This document shows positions 12,553 to 26,133 of a stretch of DNA of 64,000 bases, in pieces. The translations under genes were made by a program, and so were the position numbers. Below the pieces are notes generated by a model. The model was not told where the DNA came from. It saw only the letters and a program-made list of their open reading frames with translations, and made no database searches. Source of the stretch: Mytilus edulis (lineage: Eukaryota); the NCBI RefSeq assembly GCF_963676685.1, contig NC_092350.1, positions 71,424,001 to 71,488,000 on the forward strand. Reading direction: 5' to 3'. The stretch's first letter is position 1. Each line of letters starts with the position of its first letter.

Positions 12553-15500
12553 TCCCCTTTAAGTCGTGGTATTGAATAAATAGACAAGCTTAATGCATTT
12601 AAGAACAATTGCAAATCCATATTTTTGTTGCGTCGATATGTATAGCATTCTTCAAAAGTTTTGGCACGGTTCAACAAATTGTTTTGTCTGAATTTTAAAA
12701 TATGCCGTAGATAATTAAAATAGAACAGATATTAAAATCGTTCCTGCATTTTACGAAAAAGGAGCGAATGATACCAGAAGAGTTGTCAACATAACCATCA
12801 CTAATATGTATTTAAAACTTAACTTTCAATTTTGCTTATCATCGCGTACCGGAGGATATTTGCATACAAAAGGATATTTGCGATAACGCGCACAAAATCA
12901 TATTTGCAACAGTTAATTACAGTTTTACGAAAGTCAAGTTTACAACACAATACATATCTCAATTCAAACATTACATATACAGAAAATCTCAGTAAATGGG
13001 TAGCATTATAAAAGCAATGAAAGAATTTAACCCGCTTAAGTGTTACATTGCTTTTAAATTTAGGCAATGTGGTGAGATAGGTAAAGTCTCGATGTCAAAC
13101 ATAAACACTAGACTCATGCGTTTATAGATGGTTTAAAGACTAACAATAAGAAGATTTTGAGGAACAAAATGTGACGTTCTTGATTTTATTTCTTAAGAAA
13201 TTACATACCAGAAACATTTGGATATTAAAATGATGGCTTCTCTATCTTACCGACGGGTATAACGTGCAATCTAACTCTTCAAAATGTTTACCAACGTCCA
13301 TAAAAATTATGCCTCCAAACTAATTCCATTAGAATGTCATGATTTATTACTGTGACATCATCAACACTGCTACTAAAACTACCTCCATTAGTGTTATATG
13401 TAATGATAGATGGAAAATAGATTTTCGATTATATAAATTAAATGCAGTATTGTTTTACTTTAGTTACGCATCTTTGATCTATTCTGAATATGCAAAGCTC
13501 CTGGTGCGGGATTGTTTTCGGTTTTTTAGAGACCCATTTGTGGCCTTGGGTGGTTTTCTTCTGTTTGGTCGGTTGTTATCTCTTTTGCACACACCCCGTT
13601 TCCATTCTCAAATTTACTTCTTACTCATTCTACTGCTTTATTTGGAAAAGTTTCGTTAATAGGCTTGCTTCCATTCAAGAATAACTTTCATGGTTGAGTG
13701 TGCTTACACGTATAAATGCAATATAAAGTTAAAAATATAATGTTAAAGACATGGCAGTTGTTATCTTATAGTTCGTTTCTGTGTGTGTTACATTATTATT
13801 TTGTTTTTTTGTTGCACTTCAGTGTTTCTGTTGTATCGTTGTTTTCTATTATATTAGTTAATGTTTTCTTCAGTTTTAGTTTGTAACCCGGATTTGTTTT
13901 TCTCAATCGATTTATGACTTTCGAACAGCGGTATACTACTGTTATCCTTAATTATAGTTCCCATTACTAAGACCTTGGGCATTCAAGATTTAGACCTTTG
14001 ACGTTGAGCATTTCGTTAGGCTAACATGGTGTTTTTTTCAAATCATGTCTTTTTCTGGTTTTTGCATCTCTTGTGGCGATCCATCAAATAAGCCAAATTG
14101 TTAATATGAAAATAAGAAGATGTGGTATGATTGGCAATGAGACGCATATCCACCAAAGTTCAAATGAAGTCGATGTAGTAAGCAATTATATGCAAAACCC
14201 CATAACGCGTGGCCGGTTATAAAAGGCCCAAACATAAGAAATATGAAAAATTCTGTTTAGAAATTTTATAGTTTAATTTAAAACAAAGCAAGTTTGTTCT
14301 TTAATTGATTCAATAAATCTTTATAACAAACGTTAACGTGCAATGTTTGTTGACAATTCAGGAACGGTAAATGTTATTTGAAAGCAACTGAACACAAATT
14401 TAACCTAACTTATTTTCAATTATTTTTTTTTATTTAGTATTTCCTGAATATGCAAATAATCTCTTCAAAGTGGACAGAAATCACCTATAATTCATTAAGC
14501 ATTTCTTGAAGGAAGATACATCGCACCGTTGAATAAATATGAAAATCAAACAAAAACACAGATGTATGTTATATTTTTATGTAACATGAGCACACATGAT
14601 ATAAAGATAATATTACGGATATATATATAATATGATTTTGTTCAAAATGTTTTTTAGCATGTCTAACATTAGGAAATGTGGAAAACTTCATTTTTTTTTC
14701 AAAGGCAATTGTTTTTTACAGTTTAGCTAGCAGAATGCCTTAACATTTTATGTTATCTAGTTATCTAGTTTTGTTGAACCCAAATAAGAAAATGCACGGC
14801 ATTTGAAATAGCTTATAGTCTAAATAGCATAGGATTACTATCTATTAAACAAAGTATATCAAAAATATGATAAACACCATCTATTCTAAATAAAGATATC
14901 GACAATTCTAGGTTATTTGAGTATTGAGTTAAAGTATACAGCTTTGGATATTTAAAGACAACGGAAATGCATAGTATAGGTGTCTTCCTAATCCACTTGC
15001 ATACATTTCAAACATTACTGAATATCTTATATGAAAAATATTTTCCATTGTATAACCCTATCATAAGTGGCAAAAAATCTCAAAAATTTTTAAAGTGACG
15101 CCTCCACTTTTTATTTCTATTATCCTACTAATTTTAAATTTAAACTTGATATTTTATCTTTTTCGAAAACAATTGTTATTGCTATGATATGACAAAGTAA
15201 GACAAAATATATTAGATTATCCCATTATCGATTAATATGTTAACTAACAATTGTTCCATTATTCGTCGGATTAAATACGCATTACAATTATTCCTTTGTT
15301 ACTTAAAAAGATCCTTTGTATTGGTATCGTATTACTTTTTTTTTATTCTATACTTGAATTAAACTAAAGGAATAGTTATAAGGTAAATGTTTAACAAAAC
15401 GGCTTTTGGTAAATGATCATAAAACAAAACAAAAACACATCTATACATGGTCATTCATACCTTCTACAGTTATAGCTGATGACAATTGTTTTCAAAAATG

Positions 15501-16790
15501 GTAACATATCTTTAAAGCAAAACGTAACAACTTTTAACTGCTGACTTACTTTAGTCAGGTGTAACGAATTTTGCTGGTTGAAGGTAAAAAAACTAATTAA
15601 AATTTACAACACTGTGTTTCTTTTTTTTGATAAAATAAAATCGCTCCAAACGGAAAATCTATAAAATAGGGATATCTTTGATACAAAACTATTTAACGAT
15701 ACTGGTACAGCAATACAATATTTTGTTTCTTCACATATTAAATCATAAAGTTCTACTGTCTAAGAAAAATACAAGTATTTAAAAATAAGTGTTGGTTTTC
15801 ATAATATTTTCAACATAAAAATATTGAACATGTTTTATACTCCAATTGTTAGAAAGAAAATACTAAAAAAAATTACAATGTCACGTTTTATACAAAATAA
15901 AACGATAATAAAGCAATAAAAACAAATCTTTGCATTGCTACCTATTTCAAACATCATTGGAGCAAGAAAGAAATTAAACATTTAAGATAATAAGCGATTC
16001 AAAACAATCAAAACAAAAACATGTTGAAATAAAAATGAAAAATTCTTGAAAATACGCTTTTCCTTTCATAATATCATCATTTAACGCATAGCTCTTTTAA
16101 ATAATTAAAATTTTCATACTTTTTTCTCCCAATTTTCAAAGATCAGTTCTATAAGATTTATCTAACGTGAAGAGAGCTTGGCAACTGTCATTACACTCTA
16201 GGCATAGGATGGTATGTGCATATTTCGACCGTGCATTAATATACGATTATACATTATAAATTGCTATACAAAAAGCAATAAAACAATACCAATAAAAGTA
16301 CATTTCTAATTTGTTATCCAGCGTTAGCAGGTCATACTGTTAGTATATTGTTACTATACTAAGAATTGTCTAGTATGTAGCATAGCAGGTAGTTCACGTG
16401 ATATACAAATTTATTCTAAGATCTGCCTAATTGTTTTGAACAAATGAAATCATCATATACAACCAATATAAATGATGGAGAAAAAACGAAAGTTTGGTTA
16501 GTCTTTGATTTTAATTTAAACTCTACGCGGTTCTTTAGAGCACTCTGTATATTACTTTTTATATACATATATTTGGTTAGTATGGCGAATTTATAACACA
16601 AGTGGTTTACTTTCTAGAAATGCTTCATATTTGCTAAAGCAATGATAGTAGATCTATTTCAGAAGAACTTATAATCTTATGACATGTTATTGACAAAACA
16701 TCTAATGTAACACACTTAATAAGCCAAATGCATGCCGGAAGTCCTAGTATGTAATTAACGATAAGTAGCGTCAAATAGAGGACATATTTA

Positions 16791-19360
16791 CTAGTAGGAT
16801 TTGATTGCCTTTTGAAGCTGTTCCCAAAAGACAACATCCCCGTACTCATCATTTGGATACTCAATATATGATTGACAATGAACCAGTTCCATTATTTTAA
16901 GTGGAAGATCGCAAGCAGACATTTGCTCGTAAAATACTAGGAAAAGGATGTTCTCACAGTTGCGTTCATAAATACTCTCCATTTTAGCCATATTATATTC
17001 GAACATACACCAGTACGAAGCTAAATAACTTGGAGACATTATTACAATAGTTTTCCGGCTGTTATGAATTGCGGATGTGATATTAGTAGCGATGTCATTT
17101 CCGGGTAGAAAATTCCGCCTATGCAAGCACAACTGAATATTACCGTTTTTCTCTAGATTATTGAGAAGTTTATGGTGGACAAATGTATCATCCTCATTTG
17201 CATATGACACGAAAGCGTCATACATGTATAGTCGTTCATCTTTGTTGTCGGAATTATGTTCGGGGTCCCTCCATTTGACCTTGACCATGTAGTAAAGATA
17301 GCGTAGTTTCCATCTGTATCGATAAATCATACCTCCACAAAGTATAAAGATAAACATCAATATTCCTGTCGATACTCCAATTATTAAACTTTCATATGAC
17401 ATGCATTCCTTTTGCAGTGTTTCGTAAACTTCTCTAGGGTTTCGAAAAAGACTGAGTGTGTTTTTTGATGTTTTACATTCGTATTTCTCCAAAAGATGAA
17501 AATGCGTTGGTGTGTTTACTATCCATTTGACGAAAGACAGAGAATCACAGTTGCAAACAAGATTATTTCCACTAAGATCAATAGTGAGATTTTTATTATA
17601 TTTGGCTATCGAGTCCAACTCGTTCATTGCATATTGACTCAGTGTTGATATTCTGTTATTCCTTACATTTAAAAACATGAGCTTTCTCATATGAGATATT
17701 TTAAAGTTGATTCCATCAATCATATTTTCACTGAGGTCTAATCTTTCTAAATTGTGTTGCTCTTTGAATACAAGATATGGTATATTTGCTATTTTATTTG
17801 TTGAAAGGTTAATGTACCCGACGTTTTTGAGATTTTGAAATATTTCTCCGTCAACATCCGTTGGTAGAACGAGACCTAAAAGATTGTTTTGAAGCAGTAA
17901 GCTTCTTAAATTGATGAAATCTGCATTAAAAAAATTCTTTGAAATATTTGAACAAAAGTTTGCCGAAAGGTCTAAATCAGTCAATCTTTTTATATTCGTT
18001 ACTGGGCCTGTCCATGTATGCAAGACATTATCACTTAGACTTAAATAGTTTAACTCATTTGCCATGAAACCTAAGCTGGGTATTTCAGAGTTCATGTAGT
18101 TGGACTTAAATAAAACTTTTTTCAGTTTTCCTGGCACAGGAAATGCAGATATGTTTTTCCAAATTTCAAACAAGGGAAGTTCATTAAAAAAAAAGTTGTT
18201 AATTAAATTAATTGTAACATTCTCCTCTCTAAGAGGACATTCCTCTACATAAGAGTTGAACACATTATGAGGAGAAAAATTATCCGAAATTTCTAGTGAT
18301 GTAATTGGCATAAACTGAAGATCAAGCACATATTTCCCTAAAGAAAAAATGTTGTCGCCTACATCCGCACTTGTTAAGGACGGAGGCAAATATTGTACCA
18401 TACCGAATTCTATTCTCTGAATACGGTTTCCAGCGGCCTCGAATCTTTCAAGTGACGTATTTTTTAAATTCCAAATATGGGAAATATTCAGTACTGTAGG
18501 CATTCCGAAAATACTATGAATATTGTTAACTTTAAGGATTTTAATTGCCGAGTATTGCAAGTCAGTGGTTATATTCTCAAGCGTTTCGAATCTCAAACAT
18601 GTATTTAAAGACACATCAAGGTTGGATATATTTCTTAATATCGCAAACGTTCCTTTGAAAATATGTTGTATTTTGCATTTGGATAAATTCAAATGAGTTA
18701 TTTGAGGCAAGAACACAAATGTTTTCTTTGTTAGTATAGTCATTTTGCAATTTCCTGTAATACCAGATAGATCTATACCTGTCAGTTTTTTTAAATTTGA
18801 AAATTTCTCGTCGAGAATTGCAATTTTGTCTACAATATAATCTATTGACAGTAATTCTAGTGACCGAAGTTTCCATAAATCTGGCACAAATGAGGTGTTG
18901 ACATTTCTTTTTAAATTCAAGCTCTTCAAGTTTTCAAGAAAATTAAAAGCTGAAATTTCAAACGACTTATTTTCATATTTCAAATCATTGTTGCTGAGAT
19001 TCAACGATATCAAATTTTGGAGTCCTTTGAACGAGTTTTTTCTTAAATAGCTTATTCTATTTAAAGACAAATCCAAAGTCGTTAGTAAAGAACTGTCTTT
19101 GAAAATCCCATCTTCTATTCTACTGATATTATTGTTTTGGAGAAACAATTTTTGAAGATTGTGCGGTAGCTTAGGTATACGAAGTAGTTCTTTTCCTGAA
19201 CAATCCGCTATAATATTTCCTGAACGAGGGACGTTTTGGCATCGACAAGAACTAGCGAAGTGACATGATTTCCATTCCTTTATCTCATGGAGTATTACAT
19301 GTTTGCAACTAATAAGTAATAAAAAGGCCGTAACAAGGATGTAAGGAAGGTTCATGTTCC
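16791..19360 (-). CDS. TLR: TLR-B: intact single-cysteine-cluster Toll-like receptor, main exon (857 aa with exon 1)
   Basis: 854-aa ORF with hydrophobic N-terminus, LRRNT (CHFASSCRC...DCSGK), LxxLxLxxN repeats, LRRCT (NNLVCNCD...YECK...C), TM (LIIGVSTGILMFIFILCGGMIY) and TIR (YDAFVSY, LHRRNFLPG, FWEQL). Acceptor TTTTCTCTGCAG|GG at 19361/19360. Confidence 0.95.
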
Positions 19361-19412
19361 CTGCAGAGAAAATAGGTAGTTATTATATTTCAGACTGACT
19401 TAGAAATGAAAT

Positions 19413-19592
19413 GCAATTGGCCGTTTCAGAATCTAATGGACTATCGGTCATTTCATTGTTCGTACCCCAAAATGAAAATAACGTCACGACATTGGTTGAA
19501 TTGTTAGGACGTTTTCAACCAATTACGACGTTTTGGTGTACATTTTTGAAAATATTACCCAGAATGCATTATATTCTGAAACGGCGAATTGC
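19413..19592. mobile_element. 180-bp MITE in the TLR-B intron
   Basis: TIRs gcaattggccgtttcagaatctaatg / cattatattctgaaacggcgaattgc plus an internal inverted repeat (attggttgaa / ttcaaccaat). Confidence 0.75.
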
Positions 19593-20144
19593 TTAATGAT
19601 GGGTAATATACTGAAAACTGAAATTCACTGAAAAAAAGCAAGATAAACTAAATTATCATAAAATTTGTGCTAATGAGATAATTTCCCACCTTGCTGTTGT
19701 TAGATTATGTTTCATTTTAGTTAAAATACCTCATCAAAGATGCAAGGCTTATAATTGGTTACCTGAGACATGCGCACGGTTCGTCTGTATAAGACTCATT
19801 GGTAGCAAAATCGGATACAAAGTTGAAGAGCACAAGAAATCAAAATTTCAAAAAGATGTGACTTATACGAATATAGAAATATATGAAAGTGTTAGAAAAT
19901 TCAAATATTTTGAAACATTTGACATTTTTTAAACTCTAGACTTACAGAAAAAAAACATTAATGATATTTCAGATTAATTAAGTGTTGACAATTAGGTAGG
20001 CCATATACTCGGCGAGGAAATGTTCACCAGTAGTGGCATCGAACCGATCTCGAATCTCGGAAGTGTTTTGATATATGTCCTAGTACATTGTCTGTTGCTG
20101 TTAGATCTTTAATAGGCGGTGTTTATTTTATTCTAATTTTTTTT

Positions 20145-20360
20145 CAGTTGTCAAAACTTAGTAGCGCTGGTTTATACAGTTGTGAACCAATGTAACAAAG
20201 ACAACTATAATGTCAAAACCAACTATAATTTTTATTTGGACATGCCGCCTTTAATTGCAGTTGTCAAAACTTAATAGCGCGGGTTTATGCAGTTGTGAAC
20301 CAATCATACAAAGACAACTTAAATTTCAAAACCAAATTATTTAAATTCGTATTTGGACGA
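20145..20360 (+). repeat. ~113-bp tandem duplication in the TLR-B intron
   Basis: cagttgtcaaaactta...cagttgtgaaccaat...caaagacaact at 20145 and 20258. Confidence 0.85.
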
Positions 20361-20620
20361 TACAAATAATATTTAGAACCGACAGTCATTGACAAGGTGT
20401 TAAACTACAAAAGACACAAACATTCATTTCAAAATTAAATGTGTTTTGTGAGTATTGCACTGTACCTTTTTTGCGGCCGAGCACTTTTGATTTGACTAAC
20501 TCCTGCATAACCGAGTATCGTTGTGCTTCGTTATTATCGTTGTGTCCAGTTAAATAGTCTTTTGGGTATTAACCTTTACCAAATTGTTTTGTGTGCTTCT
20601 GTAATACGGAGTTAACTAAT

Positions 20621-20760
20621 TATGAAAGTTCTCACCTGAATCTGAGTGTATGAAAGTACTAACTTGTATTTGAGTGTATTTAAGTACTCACTTGTATCTA
20701 AGTGTATCAAGGTACTCATCTGTATCTGAGAGTATGACAGTACTTATTTGTATTTGAATG
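20621..20760 (+). repeat. 28-bp minisatellite x5 in the TLR-B intron
   Basis: Consensus tatgaaagtactcacttgtatctgagtg repeated five times. Confidence 0.85.
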
Positions 20761-20914
20761 CTTCGTGAGTATTTCGTTTTTGATATTGATTTCAACTGAA
20801 TAAAGTTGCAGCATTGCATACCAGCATTAGTTAGATTTAATTGTTTCATACAAAATTAGTTAAGTCTTTCTCCCCATGATACGATTTTCTAAAAATAAAC
20901 AAATAAATACTTAC

Positions 20915-20918
20915 ACAT
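20915..20918 (-). CDS. TLR: TLR-B exon 1 coding part (ATG-T), intron 19361..20914
   Basis: Minus strand reads ATGT|GTAAGTAT; splicing gives in-frame ATG TGG AAC ATG AAC CTT (MWNMNL...). Same arrangement in paralogs C, D and E. Confidence 0.75.
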
Positions 20919-21465
20919 GATACCAGTATCCAAAGAATAACAAAATAACACGCACACTTCTATAGTAATATAAAGTTACCAAACCCGGAACAAGATGTTT
21001 AACTTGATATATTATATAAAATGATTGGTCGTAAATTTTCCCCAGTTTAAAGTTCACAAACGCTGTTAAATAATGCGTATTTAAAACGTTATTTATAATC
21101 TATAAATAAATTTAGATTGTAGTCTTCTCATATCAAAGTGGCGTTAGTTATGACGATTTGAGATGACTGCATCTGATTTACAGAGAAGTAATAAACAATT
21201 AATTATCTTTTTTCTTGTTCTAAACAGAACAATTGTTATTCAAAAATAGAAATAGTGTCATTATCTCAAATTTCATTATGGAGTAACACCATCAGAACAT
21301 GTTTTATTGCTATGGATTAGGAGCGCAATCTTAATTGTGTCTATTTTATTGGCAAATTGATAAATGACCACTGCTTTGTATAGCAATATGAATCGCTCTA
21401 ACACTAGTAGCCTGTCTTTATCAGGTGAAAAAAGGTCATCAAAGGTTCCAGGAGTATAATTTAAT

Positions 21466-21509
21466 ACGCCAGACGCGCGTGTCGTCTACATAAGACTCAT
21501 CAGTGACGC
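21466..21509 (-). ncRNA. Minimal type I hammerhead ribozyme relic with one core mutation
   Basis: Minus strand: GCGTCA-CTGATGA-GTC(TTATGTA)GAC-GACA-CGCGCG-TC-TGGCGT, i.e. stem I, CUGAUGA, stem II, GAAA mutated to GACA, palindromic stem III and GUC cleavage triplet. Confidence 0.7.
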
Positions 21510-24105
21510 TCAGATCAAAAGAGTTATAAAGCCAAATGTTTTCCTGATATATCATAACACATCTATGCAAATATGAACTATACAAAGTTAGTAGACAATT
21601 GTCTTTATCTTATTGAAGACAGTATATTTACCTTTAGATGTATTTTGTCGTTCGATTGCTTTATCAGGTACGCATACCATCATTTTAAGTCACATATATA
21701 GAAATCAATTTGCCGCCTCAATTCGTAGTTGTCGAAATTGAATCACTCGGGTTTAGACAGTTGTGAATTTTTTACAAAATCTAGAAAAATTACGTCGTCA
21801 TTATCAAGTACCCAGTAATAAAAAAGCATTTATAAACAACAACTGTCAATGACAAGCATAACTCATTTAAAAAGAAGTCAATCGGCTGCATCGTGAACTA
21901 TGCACATCTCGATATTCATTTCTCTCCAGGTTAACTTCTGCTTGAACAAAAGATAAGAAGTCAGAATGTATATAAAAAAAGGAAAAATGTAGCTGTTGGT
22001 AGCTGGACAGTAACATTTTATAAAACTTGTACAAAATATGGTTTAGTCAGGTAAAGGGTGTGTGAACGTGAACTGCTTTATAAATTCTGGCCATTAGGAG
22101 AACGTCATGTTTATATAACCGTCAAAGTATTTCTCAAAAATTTGTATTTCTAGAGCAAAAAATGGCCCTTAAATACCCCTGTCTTACGGTTTAAAAATGT
22201 AAATGCACTGGGAATTTCAAATAAAAAAAAGAAAGTTTACCAGGGCCATTTCATTTTATATATTGTTTACATGGTTGTTATGGTTATTGATTTTGATTAC
22301 AGCTGAAAAGGCGTACAGAATGGGTCAATTAGTCCGACAACAAAATAGTACAACAGGTCTTTGTTTCATTGGTTTAACAAGTCATTCTATAAATGCGTTT
22401 CCAATGTCAAGAGCCTGTAATAGGGTATGGTTGTTGTCTGATACAGACGTTTCCTGTTGTTATTGTTTTTGAATTTACAACAAAGCCGTTGGTTTACTTG
22501 TTATAATTGTTTTCACAATTATTATGATGGAACTTTTTAAAGTGTACCGTATGGTATTGATCTTTTTAATTTGTAAAGGCCAGTCAGTGATGTAAAGATG
22601 ATTTTACCTACGTTCCTTGGTTTTTTTCAATTGTTCTCATATTGTTTAAGTCGTATTGTTTGAGTTTTTTTTTTCTTTTTCTCTGGGTAGGAGGATTGAT
22701 TTATAAATTTTTAACGGCGTTCATATAGTTTTCAATCCAGGTTCAACTCACTATTTCCAAAAAAAATTCAATATCTTGTTAAAGTGAAAGGACGATTGTT
22801 TTTCATTCGTGCCGTTCGTTAATATAGTGGAGCGTCGAACTTATTAGATTTTGTGGACTTCTATTTTGAATTTACCTTGACGATCTAATTTTTTGTTAAT
22901 ACTTTTCAATCATTTGCAGGGTTTTAAGTCCATTTCCTTTGTTTTTGTTTACTTTTTAATTAATCACATTTATGTTTTTAAACGTGTTTGTAGTCACAAT
23001 TTGTCATTGGTTTCTCAGATGTGCAGCAAAGTCATCCTGTTTCCATAATAAACCCATTTTTACCTAACATTAGAGATCTGTAATTAATAATCATGCAATC
23101 TAATTCAGCAAAAAAAAGCCTAAACGGAGTTTTGAGATTAAAAAAGAAAAAAAATCTGTATGATTTGAATCATTGAAAATCAAACCTATATATTGAATAC
23201 AGGTCCGTATTACACATTTAAGCATATATTTGTATATCTCACCTGTTATTACTATTCATTAAATTGGTTGTAAACTGCCTTATTCATTTGTTATTTTACA
23301 TCTGGGATAAAGACGTCGTTCATATTGAAATACAAGTTAACCACGTGCTTTGTTACTATATTTCTTTTATAACTACAGAAGATAAAAACATATTTAATGA
23401 CAAAAGATACAATGATATCTGTTAAATCACCAACCTTGGGTCTCTTGTAAAACGGTTTTTAGACATGTGTTAAATCGATATTTAAATCTAATATATATTA
23501 CCTCTTCAAGGACGAAGTGTAAGGTCATTTCGTAATCAATTGTTGTTTCCACATCAATGGATTTTTATATATATTTATGATATCTAAAGTACAGAAATCT
23601 TAATCATAACATGCACGAACGTCTGGATAGGTTTTTCTCATTCATGCCTTATGTATTTTATAACCCGATTTTTCTTTGTTCTTTATTTCTTTGCACATTG
23701 CCAATTTTTGTCATTTCTTTATTATGTTTTTGTTTTGTTTTTTATCGTTACTATTTATTCTCAATTATTTCAAATCCGTCAAATCATTATTCCTTTAGTA
23801 GCATGCACAAATAGTTTTGCTTTAATAAAACACATAAATTGGGCGGAGTTGTATAGTTTAATTTAAGGTATAAGTCACAGTTGGGTATTTGCAAACAATT
23901 TACACATTGTGAAATAGGTGCTTAGATTCGGTGTGTGAATAATAACTACAAACAGATTCCCGAAACAAAAATAGACAAATAAGAAAAAGAATTCCATTCA
24001 TTGATGGTTACATTTCGGGAAAGGGTTTTATACTTTTATTGGAACGTTGGTATACTGTTGGACGAAGATAACAAAATAACCCGGTATACCAACATTCTTC
24101 CAATA

Positions 24106-24530
24106 TTTGATTGGTTGTTGGTTGCTAAACTTCCAGTGGCAATAAGTTTATGCATATTCAGGACGAGAACAAATTGAGAATAAATATAATAGGTAGGTTC
24201 TGTTATAGAGGCGTCCAAGATAAGGTTCGAAGAAATATAGTATGCCACGAGAAATGAGGGTATATTGGATAGAGACAGAAATGTAGCCTTGCAACTGGTT
24301 ACCAACGGACCCACAACGAGTTGTTGAAAGGGTTCTTAACGTGAAAAGAGTGAGGCACTTTCTTTGCAAAAGGCATCGGATTGAACGTACCCGTTCTGGC
24401 AGTAAGTGGCTGCACATTTGTACATCCCGCACGGCCAATCTGACGCCTCACTTTGGCGAAGGTTTTACTGCTGTTTGGGGGGAGATCAATGGGGACCATA
24501 CTTCTATTCATCAGTCACCCTTAGGGAGTC
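24106..24530 (-). mobile_element. SINE-like element with a Nin/Deu-like core
   Basis: GC-richer island containing aagggttcttaacgtg (compare aagggtatcttaacgtg at 39258) and a ttgattggttg tail; absent from the paralogous spacer near 10550. Confidence 0.55.
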
Positions 24531-26133
24531 GATATTTGTGTATCAGTTTGGAACGTACCAGTCGACTATAATACATGTGTCAACAATTATTTTTTATATG
24601 ATACCTTTTTTGCCATTCTGTTCTGTACCAATTTATACAACATACTTACATGACATTCAAGTTTTAAATTTCAGAAATGTCACATCTGTGTAGAATTTGT
24701 GACCTTCGCCACATTAAATAGTCAGCAGTGGTTTGGTGTTTAAAATTTGACGAAACATTTTGTGTTAACTGCAGAGAACACCACTATTAATCAAAAGGTA
24801 CCAGAAAGCACAAAATTAAACCAACTGTTGATTATTAGAAATCACCTTGATAAGATTTCATTAGGCCAAATTTGTGCTTACCATTAAAAGATATATCAGA
24901 TACTTTGCAAATGCACGACCAACTTCGATTCTAGAACATAAATTTCAACTACCGCGAACACATGTTGGTTCTTAATACAGACACATCGTATCGGTCACCA
25001 TACTATCTAAAGTATCGATTTCAGCCGTTCATCCTTAACAAATCTTTTGAATCATTATTTGTGTCACACACGCAGAGTGCGCGGATAATAGAAATGAATT
25101 AATAAAGACTGTATAGCGCACAGTCTTCAGTCTCTTCTGTAGCGTTGTTTTTTACTCTAAATTCATTTTTTTTGTGGATACAAATTGATGTGGATTATGG
25201 AATGATTTTTACTTCGTGGATATGTGATACAAGTCTATAACAATTATATGTCGTTGATTATTTAATTCAATGTTAACTTAACCCAACAAATACATGAATA
25301 TCGTTATCAAAAATAAAGTTGTTTTTCTATTTTTTGCCAAGGCTCTGTAAATTTCTTTTCCACTTATGAGTTTGAATATTCTCTTGGCTTCTTATTCTGC
25401 GGTTTATATGTTTTAAATGGATTATCATATTATTCATTCATCCGTATCTCTCTGATTTTTCGTCAGCTAAAAATATCGCTCTAAACTGACAATCTACAAA
25501 ATGGATATACATGCTTTTGATACAAAATTATCGATCGCTATTCAGCTTCATTATTTATTTGATCTTTGAACCTCGATGGAATGTCCATATTCCGACCTGG
25601 CATTACTGTGCACTTACACATGATCTCCAGCTACTGAGAACGATCAATATAACAATACCAATAAAGGTCCTTATCTAATTGATTGTCAAAAGTTAGAAGG
25701 TGTAGATTTAACTAGTTTGTATCATAACAGGCTACCAACGGAATAAAAATCTCGTCCGAATATCTGCCTAGTAGTTTTGAACAAATGAAGATCATCTTAA
25801 CTTACTAACGTAAATGATGGGAAAAAACCCCAAAATATTTGTTAATCTTTTATTCAAATGTAAACTCTTTAAAGCACGGTATGTATTTAGTTTTATATAC
25901 ATGTATGTATTTAGTATGACAAAATTGTAACACAAATGGTTTACTGACATGAAAAGGAAATCTAGTATTTATATTTGCTAAAGCAATAGTTTATCTTTAT
26001 CAGGCGAAGTAATATTATTTACATTTTGTCTCTAAATAAAACATCTAACCTAACACAAATATAAACCCTAATGCATACCGGGAGTCCTTGTACATAATAA
26101 ACGATACATGGCGTTAAATAGAGGACATATTCA

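Noticed and set aside
24037-24105. Short hairpin as a structured RNA or terminator
   Set aside because: Pairing is not maintained in the paralogous sequence near 10487-10550.
24036-24693. Cluster of overlapping short ORFs in a GC-richer island
   Set aside because: Explained by a SINE-like insertion; no recognisable protein motif.
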